NCBI GenBank assembly: GCA_963665115.1
Contig: OY762007.1
Span: forward strand, 4,960,001-5,024,000
DNA from: an uncultured Rivularia sp.
GTDB taxonomy: Bacteria; Cyanobacteriota; Cyanobacteriia; Cyanobacteriales; Nostocaceae
Length of the DNA: 64,000 nucleotides
Direction of reading: 5' to 3'
Shown: in pieces, positions 1 to 9,116 of the stretch
How positions within the stretch are numbered: the stretch's first letter is position 1
How the letters are laid out: each line of letters starts with the position of its first letter
The notes under the pieces: generated by a model
What the model was told of the DNA's origin: nothing
Seen by the model: only the letters and a program-made list of their open reading frames with translations
The model's database searches: none
Translations under genes and position numbers: made by a program

Positions 1-1
1 T

Positions 2-430
2 ATGACCGCTCATATCCTCTTCCCTGAAATCGGAGGAGATAAACCAGCAACATTTTCCCAACCAATTTTGAGCCAGATATTAAGAAAAGAACTTGGTTTT
101 GAAGGAGTTGTGGTATCCGATGACTTAGATATGAAAGCCGTCGCGGATATGTATAGTAAAAGCGGTACCGTAGCAAATACATTAAATGCAGGCTGCGATG
201 TATTTTTGATGTGCGGTAACTTGCCTTCATCATCCACCGAACGAATTGAATTTATTGCCGAAGATTTCGCGAAGTCGTTAGAAAACGGTAGCCTTAATGA
301 ATCAGTTGTAGCAGCAGCAAATGGGAGAATTGAAAAGCTATTGAGCCAAACACCGCAATATTCTGTGGAAAAGCTTGAAAAAGATACTTTATTGCAACAC
401 GCAGAATTGGCTATTAATTGTAGTTTTTAG
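2..430 (+). CDS. nagZ: Beta-N-acetylhexosaminidase (GH3), 3' part; truncated by window edge
   Basis: MTAH..PAT.S...LRKELGFEGVVVSDDLDMKAV is the GH3/NagZ catalytic-region signature. Confidence 0.8.
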   Translation: MTAHILFPEIGGDKPATFSQPILSQILRKELGFEGVVVSDDLDMKAVADMYSKSGTVANTLNAGCDVFLMCGNLPSSSTERIEFIAEDFAKSLENGSLNESVVAAANGRIEKLLSQTPQYSVEKLEKDTLLQHAELAINCSF

Positions 431-661
431 CCGTGTAGAGACGTAGCATTGCTACGTCTCCAACAATGCGAACAGAAATAAATAATCTGTTTTGATATTC
501 CCAATGCCCCATCCCCAATGCCCAATTCCCTATTTCCTAAAATTTACCATTATCCAAGCATCCTCTCAGCAAAAACTCATTTAACTTGATATAAATCATA
601 TTTAAATAAATATATAAAGATTAAATCTGCTATCAGATTTTTGTCAGCCTTGTAGAATCAA

Positions 662-696
662 CAGTGGGGTGGGTTTTACCTACCACCGCTTTTTTC
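662..696 (+). terminator. Possible intrinsic terminator upstream of arsM
   Basis: Stem GGTGGGT/ACCTACC (one G-U) with an outer GTGG/CCGC stem, followed by a T run. Confidence 0.4.
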
Positions 697-810
697 AATT
701 TAATTTCAGCGAGTATACGTCCAACGTAGAGTTATTAATATTACTATTTCTATAACGAAACCTTTAAACCAAATTTTTCTTTCAATCGTAAATCTAAAAT
801 CCAAAATCGA

Positions 811-1779
811 ATGACTTATTTAGAAACAGCAGCCAAATTTTATAGCGACGTAGCCCAAACTCCCGAGATTGGGCTTTGTTGCGTGCAGAGTACTCCTATG
901 CAGTTACCGGGGTTACATATTCCTCTAAAGATGCAGGAGATGAATTACGGTTGCGGTACTACAGTTCACGCTAACGAACTTAGTAACGAACCTACAGTAT
1001 TGTATGTAGGCGTTGGTGGTGGACTAGAAGCTTTGCAGTTTGCTTACTTTTCTCGTCGTGCTGGTGCTGTAATCGCAGTAGATCCAGTTGCAGATATGCG
1101 TCAAGCTGCTTCATATAATTTAGAAGTAGCAGTTAAAGATAATCCTTGGTTTGATACTAGCTTTGTAGAAGTTCGCGAAGGCGATGCTTTCAACATACCA
1201 GTTGCTGATAGTTCGGTTGATATTGTTGCTCAAAACTGTCTTTTTAATATCTTTGAACCCGAAGATTTAACTCGTGCTTTAAAAGAAGCATATCGCGTCT
1301 TAAAACCCGGCGGACGCTTGCAAATGAGCGACCCCATTGCAACTCGTTCGGTACCGGAACATTTAAAGAAAGATGAGCGATTGAGAGCAATGTGTTTATC
1401 AGGTGCGTTAACTTATGACGAGTACGTTCAACGTATTATAAATGTTGGTTTTGGACAAGTTGAAATACGCGCTCGTCGTCCTTATCGTTTACTGGAAGCT
1501 ACTACTTATAACTTAGAAGATAATCTACTTTTAGAAAGTCTTGATTCAATAGCTTTCAAAGTACCGATTCCAGAAGATGGAGCTTGTGTTTTTACTGGTA
1601 AAACAGCAATTTATGCAGGTTCAGAGCCATTTTTTGATGACAACCAAGGTCACATATTACAGCGAGGAATTCCAGCCGCTGTATGCGACAAAACTGCAAC
1701 AAACTTAGCTGCTGCTTTACCAGAAAAAGTAATTGTCACGGATTCAACTTGGTATTACGACGGCGGCGGATGCTGTTAA
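811..1779 (+). CDS. arsM: Arsenite S-adenosylmethionine methyltransferase (arsenosugar pathway)
   Basis: LCC and NYGCG Cys motifs, SAM-binding VGVGGG, QNCLFN, RAMCLSGA, C-terminal GGGCC; adjacent to arsS. Confidence 0.9.
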   Translation: MTYLETAAKFYSDVAQTPEIGLCCVQSTPMQLPGLHIPLKMQEMNYGCGTTVHANELSNEPTVLYVGVGGGLEALQFAYFSRRAGAVIAVDPVADMRQAASYNLEVAVKDNPWFDTSFVEVREGDAFNIPVADSSVDIVAQNCLFNIFEPEDLTRALKEAYRVLKPGGRLQMSDPIATRSVPEHLKKDERLRAMCLSGALTYDEYVQRIINVGFGQVEIRARRPYRLLEATTYNLEDNLLLESLDSIAFKVPIPEDGACVFTGKTAIYAGSEPFFDDNQGHILQRGIPAAVCDKTATNLAAALPEKVIVTDSTWYYDGGGCC

Positions 1780-1990
1780 TATTTGGGCATGGGGCATAGG
1801 GGATAGGACATTGGTAATAGAGAATAGTTACAAGTTAGAAATTAATATGTAGTAGTGTAGTGGGAGCATCTTGCTCTCTTCTTATCTCTATAAAAAAAAT
1901 TATTTTCATAAACTAAAAAAATAGCCAATTACCAATTACCCATCCCCAATTTACAATGCCCAATGCCCTATCCCCAATTCCCAAATTATT

Positions 1991-2977
1991 ATGATTCAAA
2001 CAACAGTAACACCCTTTAATCGTAAACTTAATTCGACCTTAACAAAGAAAGAAATCAACGTTTTGCAAATTAATTTGGGAAAGCGTTGTAATCTTGCTTG
2101 CAGTCACTGTCATGTGGATGCGGGACCAAAAAGAACTGAAGAATTATCTATAGAAATTTGCGAGCAGTTAATTGAAGTAATCGAACGATTTCCTGAAGTT
2201 AAAATTGTAGACTTAACTGGTGGCGCTCCGGAAATGAACTATGGTTTTAAATCACTTGTTGAAGCTGCAAGGAAGAATAATAAACAGGTAATTGTTCGCT
2301 CTAATTTAACTATTTATTTTGTAGATGGATTTGGCGATATTCCAGAATATTTTGCCAAGCATAAAGTCAGAGTTGTTGCTTCTTTACCCTGTTATTTAGC
2401 TGATAATGTTGACAAAATGCGCGGCGATGGTGTTTTTGATGCTTCGGTGAAAGCGCTGCAATGGTTAAATCAATTAGGCTATGGCTCAGAATCGGATTTA
2501 ATATTGGATTTGGTTTATAATCCACAATTACCTACAAACGAAAAATTTGCTTTAACTCCCAATCAAGTTAAGTTAGAGCAGGATTACAAAAAGTTTTTGC
2601 AAGATAACTTTGGTATTGTATTTAATAACTTATTTGCGATTACTAATTTACCTGTCGGTAGAACTAAGTTTCATTTAGAAAGAACTAAACTGTATAAGCC
2701 TTACTTAGAATTCCTCGAATCGAATTTTAATCCCACCACTGTGGAAAACCTAATGTGTCGCGATGAATTATCAATTGATTATCTTGGTAACGTATACGAT
2801 TGCGACTTTAATCAAATGATGAATATACCCGCGAAAACTCGTAATGGTGGAAATATTACAGTCGCAAAGTTGCTTGAAGCTGGTAATTTAAATTTAATTC
2901 ACGAAGTGCAGACTGCTAGCTATTGTTACGGTTGTACTGCTGGTAGCGGCTCCAGTTGTGGTGGTGCTTTGTTGTGA
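1991..2977 (+). CDS. arsS: Arsenosugar biosynthesis radical SAM protein
   Basis: CNLACSHC radical-SAM motif, DLTGGAPE, YDCDFNQ, C-terminal CYGCTAGSGSSCGG. Confidence 0.9.
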   Translation: MIQTTVTPFNRKLNSTLTKKEINVLQINLGKRCNLACSHCHVDAGPKRTEELSIEICEQLIEVIERFPEVKIVDLTGGAPEMNYGFKSLVEAARKNNKQVIVRSNLTIYFVDGFGDIPEYFAKHKVRVVASLPCYLADNVDKMRGDGVFDASVKALQWLNQLGYGSESDLILDLVYNPQLPTNEKFALTPNQVKLEQDYKKFLQDNFGIVFNNLFAITNLPVGRTKFHLERTKLYKPYLEFLESNFNPTTVENLMCRDELSIDYLGNVYDCDFNQMMNIPAKTRNGGNITVAKLLEAGNLNLIHEVQTASYCYGCTAGSGSSCGGALL

Positions 2978-3380
2978 ATTGAGGGAAGAGCGAACAAGAA
3001 AGATTAGCTATTACAACTAGGGAGCGAGACGCTCCCGCTACAAATGTATTGGTGTACTAGGTAACAAATACATGAATTTTAAACAAAATCATCTCGTTAC
3101 CAAAATTGTTACCAGCGAACTATTATTGTTTAAAAATTATACAATAGCTATCAAATAAGCAAGTCTCCTTACACCATATTAAAAACCGTGGACCTCCCTG
3201 AAATATCCCACGGTTTCTTTTTTTATTTATAAGTAGTTAATATTACAATATATTGAATAAGTAATTGCAATAGATGATTGTCTAATAAAAAGTCTTGTTT
3301 CAAAAATTGATACGTCAGCATTTGACCAGCTATTTGCTGGTTATAATAATTTTAACGTTAAGCTCCTCACATTACATTCA

Positions 3381-3414
3381 AAAGCCGTGAAACTTAGCGT
3401 TTCGCGGTTTTTTA
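3381..3414. terminator. Bidirectional terminator-like hairpin
   Basis: AAAGCCGTGAAAC-TTAGC-GTTTCGCGGTTTTTT between convergent transcription units. Confidence 0.55.
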
Positions 3415-3426
3415 TTTGTTTTACTG

Positions 3427-3891
3427 CTATTTTACCCGTTCCCAAGTCAATTCAAAGATTTTAGGTGTATCATCGCTTTTACTTGGTGGGGTTTTCAAAG
3501 TCACTCGATTTCCATTTAATGTAAAAGTTCGAGTTAAACTCTTACCTATACGATTGGGAATTGATGCTATTTCTACGTGATGAATTACTTTGTTGCCATC
3601 AATGCTATAACTTCCAGCGTATGAATTAAAGGTGGAAAACGCTTCTGCTCTTTCTTCAATTGGTACTCCATGTATGGCAGCAGTAAGAGGTGAAGCTGAA
3701 TTACCGCTTAATAATGCGCGATCGCCTTTTGAGAAAATAACCATCATTTTACCTTCGATGGTATAGGTGATGTAGCCAATTGGGTTAGCTCCGAATACTT
3801 CTTTATCTATATTTCCGTTGGGGAATATGGCTGTTATTGATATTAGTTTCCAAGTTCCAATTAGCGGGTTATTTTGAGTAAAATTAGACAT
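3427..3891 (-). CDS. Lipocalin-like domain protein
   Basis: LIGTWKLIS...G.I.YT..G.M...F.SYAG.Y...HHVE..S.PN..G...R...LTWER pattern. Confidence 0.8.
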   Translation of the reverse strand: MSNFTQNNPLIGTWKLISITAIFPNGNIDKEVFGANPIGYITYTIEGKMMVIFSKGDRALLSGNSASPLTAAIHGVPIEERAEAFSTFNSYAGSYSIDGNKVIHHVEIASIPNRIGKSLTRTFTLNGNRVTLKTPPSKSDDTPKIFELTWERVK

Positions 3892-3970
3892 ATATTACAT
3901 TACTTTTAAGGTTTGTAGTAAGGATTTTAATCCTTCATATTATAAGAGTTAAAACTCTGACTAGGAGCTT

Positions 3971-4630
3971 TTATTTCTCAAACAAATTCCCTTCATTTCG
4001 ACGACGATTAATTAAGCCTGGTAATTTTTTCCCACTACCATGAACCCAACGATTTAATTCGCTTGGTACGGCTTTGTAATCTTGATTATTTAATTTAGCT
4101 AATAATGTCGATGATGCAAATTGGGTTTCTCCAATATTAAATACAAAACTCACAAGGGCATCAAACTGATTTTGATTTAGCGGTACTTTGACTAATCTAT
4201 TAACTGTGTTTTCGGCTGTAATTACATCAGAGCGTAAGATTTCCATTGCTCGTTCTTTTGTAATCCCACTTTTAAATTCTTCCGGTTCGCTACCATTTAT
4301 CGGGCCATAATGTACCAAATGACCAACACCAATTGTTGCATGATTAGCTGGGTCATTATATAAATGTAAAATCATTCCTTCGTGTTCGGCGATAAATTTT
4401 AAACCATTATTACCAATTTTTTTATTATCGGAATTAGCTTGAATATTCGTATTTTCTAGCGGTAAAGAAACAATTTGACCAATTTGTAACCGTCGCGCTT
4501 CGTTTTCTGTAAAGCATTCTCCCGTGTCTTTAGTTATCTCCTGCCAACGGTTAGCGCTGCCTAGGTGAAGTTGTGCGATCGCGCTTAGGGTGTCACCAGA
4601 TTTGATCGTGTAAGAAGTACGATTTTTCAT
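3971..4630 (-). CDS. LysM-domain GH24 (phage-type) lysozyme
   Basis: N-terminal YTIKSGDTLSAIA LysM; HEG..LHLYND....ATIGVGH (E-x8-D-x5-T triad), QNQFDALVSFVFNIG, LPGLINRR..E. Confidence 0.9.
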   Translation of the reverse strand: MKNRTSYTIKSGDTLSAIAQLHLGSANRWQEITKDTGECFTENEARRLQIGQIVSLPLENTNIQANSDNKKIGNNGLKFIAEHEGMILHLYNDPANHATIGVGHLVHYGPINGSEPEEFKSGITKERAMEILRSDVITAENTVNRLVKVPLNQNQFDALVSFVFNIGETQFASSTLLAKLNNQDYKAVPSELNRWVHGSGKKLPGLINRRRNEGNLFEK

Positions 4631-4730
4631 TAAACTCTTGTATATAAGTTGTAACAGTTAAATAATACAATAAACCCGATTCGTAAAAAAAACCGGGTTT
4701 ATAAATTGATTAATAATTATTTATAAGTGC

Positions 4731-4799
4731 TTAAGCAAAAGCGAAATTATCCGCACTCAAACTATCTACTTCAATTCCTTTTAAAACTGCTAAAAGCGT
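4731..4799 (-). pseudogene. Orphan 3'-end remnant of a secreted (RTX/Ca-binding-type) protein gene
   Basis: Translates TLLAVLKGIEVDSLSADNFAFA*, bounded by an upstream stop and with no start codon; resembles C-termini of cyanobacterial secreted proteins. Confidence 0.45.
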
Positions 4800-5012
4800 C
4801 TAGATTAACATCATTATTTTTAAACAATGACAAAAGACAGCTTGTCATACACGAACAACTTTTAATTATCGCTAGTTTGGATTTCTGTAGAGAATAAAAA
4901 AAGTTGCGAAACAGCAAAAAATGGAGAAAGCATCTTTAATTTGATCGGTAAAGCTTTCTCCATATTCCTAAATAATTATCTAATTACTATTCATTAAAGC
5001 AATCAGATGAAA

Positions 5013-6440
5013 TTAAGCAAAAGTAACACTATTATTGCTGCCATTATCAACAATATTTTCAGCAGTCAAGTTTGTACCGCTGAGTATCTCAAGGATATTA
5101 TTGTCACCACCGATTACGATGGCTCCGCTTTCATTACCCTCAAAAGTGCTACTTCCAATAGTGATGGAATTCTCATCACCAGCAATATCTAATCCCCACT
5201 CACCATTATCAAAAATCTCTGTACCAAAGAGACTAACAGTGTTTTCATTACCAAGAATTTCAATACCGTCTTCAGCATTGCGGAAGATTTCAGAATCATT
5301 GATAGTTAAGTTATTGTTTTCTCCGGTATAGTCGAAAGAAAAACCACTAGAACCATTATCAATTAAGAAGCTATCTTTAATAGTAATGGTATTGTCATCA
5401 CCATCAACTTCAAAACCCTGCTCCTTGTTATCGAAAGATTGGACATCTTCCCAAGTAACAGTGTTATTGCGTCCAAAGATATCAAATCCATCATCACCGT
5501 TGTTACGAAATCCACTTTCGATAACTTCTATAGTGTTACCAGTACCTCTAAAGTCGATATCAAAGCCATCTTCCTTGTTTCCACCAAAAACGCTTCTATC
5601 TTGAATGGTAATTTTATTATCGCGCCCATCAATCTCGAAACCCTCTTCACCATTGCCATCAGAGGATACGTTATTTAAAATGATGGTGTTTTCGCTACCT
5701 TCGATATCAAAACCATCGTCACCGTTATCGCGGAATGTAGTTGCAGTAAGAGTGATTTCGTTACCAGTAGCAGTAATATCATCTCCGAAACCGTCTCCAC
5801 CATTAGAAGAAAAATTACTGTTGGTGCCAGTAATTGTGTTATTGCTACCATCAATCTCTACACCATCCTCAGCATTACCAGTTGAAGAGGCTCTATCTAA
5901 AGTAAAAGTGTTGTCATTACCAAAGATATCAATCCCATCATCCATGTTGTTAAAAAATGCAGAGTCTTGGATGTCGAAACTGTTGCCTACACCCGTGCGA
6001 GGAATTACTAAGCCGTCGTTATTTGTTTCAAATTCACTGGTGTCGATATTAACATTGTTATTTGTGCCATCAACTTCCAAGCCTGCTGCTTCATTAAAAC
6101 TAGCTTCAACGCGGAATAAATCGACTGTATTGTTTTCTCCAAAAACATCTATACCGTCATCACCGTTGAGATTGAAACTAGATTTATTTGCTGAAACTGA
6201 AGCATCGCTGACACCACCGCGAATTTCAAAGCCATCATCTCCATTGCTGGTAGATTCAACTCCCTCAAGCTCGACATTAGCACCATCGAGAACAGCAATA
6301 CCATCTCCTGCAAAGTTGTTGAAGGTTTCACTATCTAAATTGCTATCGGAGGTAATTTCTAGTCCAGTTCCTTTGATATCATCTGTTTCATTTTCAACTT
6401 TGTTATCGGTTGTATTCATGTCAGTTGTAGCTGTAGCCAT
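5013..6440 (-). CDS. Acidic right-handed parallel beta-helix repeat protein
   Basis: Many ~23-aa repeats of the form N..DG(F/I)(D/E)I.G..N.(I/V).(L/I); very D/N/G rich. Confidence 0.8.
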   Translation of the reverse strand: MATATTDMNTTDNKVENETDDIKGTGLEITSDSNLDSETFNNFAGDGIAVLDGANVELEGVESTSNGDDGFEIRGGVSDASVSANKSSFNLNGDDGIDVFGENNTVDLFRVEASFNEAAGLEVDGTNNNVNIDTSEFETNNDGLVIPRTGVGNSFDIQDSAFFNNMDDGIDIFGNDNTFTLDRASSTGNAEDGVEIDGSNNTITGTNSNFSSNGGDGFGDDITATGNEITLTATTFRDNGDDGFDIEGSENTIILNNVSSDGNGEEGFEIDGRDNKITIQDRSVFGGNKEDGFDIDFRGTGNTIEVIESGFRNNGDDGFDIFGRNNTVTWEDVQSFDNKEQGFEVDGDDNTITIKDSFLIDNGSSGFSFDYTGENNNLTINDSEIFRNAEDGIEILGNENTVSLFGTEIFDNGEWGLDIAGDENSITIGSSTFEGNESGAIVIGGDNNILEILSGTNLTAENIVDNGSNNSVTFA

Positions 6441-7114
6441 GATATTAATTATTCCCTGGATTTAATTGGTTTAGTGACATGAACTAAGTTAAAATGATCA
6501 ATTCAAAATTGCAGCAATTCAGCTACTAATTTCTCGATTCACTGATATACTTGTTTATTAAAAATGAAAAGTTACTTAGGCAATGTGGATGAAATGTAAC
6601 CTATTTATACAAAATATTTATGAAAAGCGTGCTAAATTACTTAATAAGATAAAAGTCTAACAAGGTTAATTCAACGCTATAATGTATAATTTCAGGATTC
6701 AATTGACACAACCAGTAAGTTAAGAATTTCTACTTAGCTCAAGTTATTTCAATAGTGACAACTAAAAATTATCTTTTCTTTATTCATAGTTTAAAAGTTA
6801 GTTGTTATTAAGTTAACAAAAAAATAATACTCCTTAAGAGACATGGGCATATATCTATGGGCGTATATATTTCGTAGTAGAAAAAATATTACAGGTTTTG
6901 AATAGCAATAGATTTTATATGTATCAAATATAATCTTACTAATTAAATAATTTTGGGTTGACTCATAGCATTAATACAGCGACTTAAATAAAGAATTCTA
7001 TATTTTGAATTTGTTTCATACATAAAATTTAAAATGTAGGAATTTTTAATCCAAAATCGATTCGGCTTCCCTTTACGCTAAAGTAATTTGTGAAGCGTGC
7101 ATCGAGGAAAAGCC

Positions 7115-8110
7115 ATGAAAGCAGTGTTAATCACAGCACCCGGAAACCCAGAAGTTTTACAAGTACGGGAAATTGCAAACCCGCTTCCTCCCCAAAATAC
7201 AGAGCTTTTGGTACGTTTAAAAGCTGCTGGAGTTAACCCCATCGATACCAAACTTCGCAAACGCGGTACCTTTTACCCAGATAAAATGCCTGCAATTTTA
7301 GGATGCGATGGTGCAGGAATTGTGGAAGCAATAGGAAATTCGGTAAAACGTTTTCGCGTAGGAGATGAAGTATATTTTTGCAACGGTGGAATAGGCGATC
7401 GCCAAGGTAATTACGCAGAGTTCACAACTGTTGAAGAGCGCTTCGTAGCTGCGAAACCGAAATCAGTCTCCTTTATAGAAGCTGCTGCTGCACCTTTAGT
7501 ATTAATTACCGCATGGGAAGCATTATACGAACGGGGACGTTTAGAACCCGGTGAAAAAGTATTAATTCATGCTGGTGCGGGTGGTGTTGGACACGTTGCA
7601 ATTCAACTAGCTAAACTAAAGGATGCTGATGTTTGTACTACGGTAAGTTCTCAGGAAAAAGTGGATTTTGTCAAGAACCTGGGGGCTGATTATGCGATTA
7701 ATTACCAGCAAAATGATTTTGTCAAAGCAGCTTTGGATTGGACAAATGGTGAAGGTGTAGATTTAGCATTCGATACAGTTGGTGGAGAGACATTTGAGAA
7801 AACATTTCCAGCGATACGAATTTACGGCGATATTGTCACCATTTTACAACCAAGCGACGCAACCAATTGGAAGGTTGCCAGACAAAGGAATTTAAGAATC
7901 GGTTTGGAATTGATGTTAACACCGATGTTGCAGGGAATGGTGGAAGCACAAGCCCATCATGGAGAGATTTTATCAGAATGTGCGAAGTGGATGGATCAAG
8001 GAAAGTTGAAAGTTTGTGTGAATAGGACTTTTGGCTTGGAAGAAGTTGCGAAAGCGCATGAATTGTTGGAAGCAGGTTCGATGATTGGGAAGGTTGTGGT
8101 TGTTAATTAG
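7115..8110 (+). CDS. MDR-family NADPH:quinone oxidoreductase / Zn-type alcohol dehydrogenase-like
   Basis: AAGVNPID.K.R, ILGCDGAG.V, VLIHAGAGGVGHVAIQLAK, C-terminal GKVV. Confidence 0.9.
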   Translation: MKAVLITAPGNPEVLQVREIANPLPPQNTELLVRLKAAGVNPIDTKLRKRGTFYPDKMPAILGCDGAGIVEAIGNSVKRFRVGDEVYFCNGGIGDRQGNYAEFTTVEERFVAAKPKSVSFIEAAAAPLVLITAWEALYERGRLEPGEKVLIHAGAGGVGHVAIQLAKLKDADVCTTVSSQEKVDFVKNLGADYAINYQQNDFVKAALDWTNGEGVDLAFDTVGGETFEKTFPAIRIYGDIVTILQPSDATNWKVARQRNLRIGLELMLTPMLQGMVEAQAHHGEILSECAKWMDQGKLKVCVNRTFGLEEVAKAHELLEAGSMIGKVVVVN

Positions 8111-8147
8111 TTCGTAGTAAGGACTTTAGTCCCTCATCTCCAGATAC

Positions 8148-8390
8148 CTGGCGATTGAATATGCTGCACCTATTGGTGAACGCGGCTACACAGGCAAAGT
8201 CCACCTTCGTGGACTAAATATTTAATGTTTATTGTAGGGTGTGTTATGGCGACGAAATGGTTGTAGGGAAACAGATATGTTAGTTAATGCCGTAACGCAC
8301 CGTCTTGTTTTAGCGAAGTAATCTTTTAATTTTACTAGGGCGTTAAAGTCCTGGCTACACAGGCAAATTTCATCTGTGTGGGCTGAAAAT
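8148..8390. repeat. Cluster of dispersed palindromic repeats at the left edge of the retron island
   Basis: GGCTACACAGGCAAAGTCCACCTTCGTGGACTAAA (8184) recurs degenerate at 8354 and ~60040 and inverted at ~60675-60707; GTAGGGTGTGTTA...TAACGCACC (8234-8301) recurs near 54442-54508 and 60244-60306. Confidence 0.75.
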
Positions 8391-8417
8391 TCTATCGATT
8401 TAATTCGCTACGAGCGA

Positions 8418-8461
8418 ACTAAATTCACAATATTCCAAATTTATGGTATATTGAATTTAGT
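8418..8461 (+). promoter_or_regulatory. Extended -10 promoter overlapped by a palindromic operator (retron promoter)
   Basis: TG-n-TATATT at 8444-8452; perfect 10-bp inverted repeat ACTAAATTCA (8418-8427) / TGAATTTAGT (8452-8461). Confidence 0.55.
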
Positions 8462-8462
8462 C

Positions 8463-9076
8463 GGATAAAAGGAGATGTTTGCCATTTACTGGATTGCTTC
8501 GGCATTCCGTGGAAGATAGTTATATATCTTCTATCGTGTTTCTAATTTATCTATTTGAGAAACGTGTAATTCACGCGGGTTGCCACACTAGAGACTACTT
8601 AAAGACTCCAGGAAAGAAACCTCAATGAAATTATCATTGCACGATTCCTAGAAATGTTTAGTAAACATAGAACTGTAATTATTTCCCCTATGAGTACGTT
8701 GTTCTAGGTTACTAACTAAACTAAATTAGGAAAATGAATATGAATAGAAAACACTCAAGCGCAGCTTTAGCAAATTAGCTGCGTAGGTATGGGGAGGGTT
8801 AAAACTGCTGTTCTCCTGGTTTGTTTGAGGCAACACTTATTTGTGGAAACTTGAATAAGTGCAAACAAAACATATGCATGAGGTTTTTATGCAAGAAAAA
8901 TCCGATAAACAGCAGCAGCAATCGAAAAAGCGTAAATCAAAACGGTGGCTGAAATGGCTCCGTCAACCTCAAACGCTCCGTCTACTGTTACAACTTGGTA
9001 CAATCATTTTTAATATCTTAAAATGGTTGGTCGAACGTTCACATGGTTGATATAGATTGCTTACCTCCTTTTATCT
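8463..9076 (+). ncRNA. Putative retron msr-msd / hybrid RNA enclosing a small ORF
   Basis: Terminal arms GATAAAAGGAG (8464-8474) and CTCCTTTTATC (9065-9075) are exact reverse complements. Internal hairpins at 8491-8508 (cUUCGg loop), 8510-8533, 8538-8563, 8623-8639, 8647-8708, 8760-8783 and 8820-8869. Lies directly upstream of the HTH and retron RT genes. Confidence 0.75.
8889..9050 (+). CDS. Small basic/amphipathic protein (53 aa), candidate retron effector
   Basis: GAGG RBS at 8880-8883, ATG at 8889; MQEKSDKQQQQSKKRKSKRWLKWLRQPQTLRLLLQLGTIIFNILKWLVERSHG has a basic patch followed by a hydrophobic helix. Confidence 0.65.
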   Translation: MQEKSDKQQQQSKKRKSKRWLKWLRQPQTLRLLLQLGTIIFNILKWLVERSHG

Positions 9077-9116
9077 ATAAAACTCCTTAATATCCTCTGT
9101 TCAAAGGAGGTTAACA

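Noticed and set aside
5035..6465. Plus-strand Ser/Pro-rich ORFs (up to 286 aa)
   Set aside because: Antisense shadows of the repetitive beta-helix gene
8859..8888. Longer GTG start for the small retron ORF
   Set aside because: No RBS before 8859, and it lies inside a predicted RNA stem; ATG 8889 has GAGG at suitable spacing (ATG 8874 not excluded)
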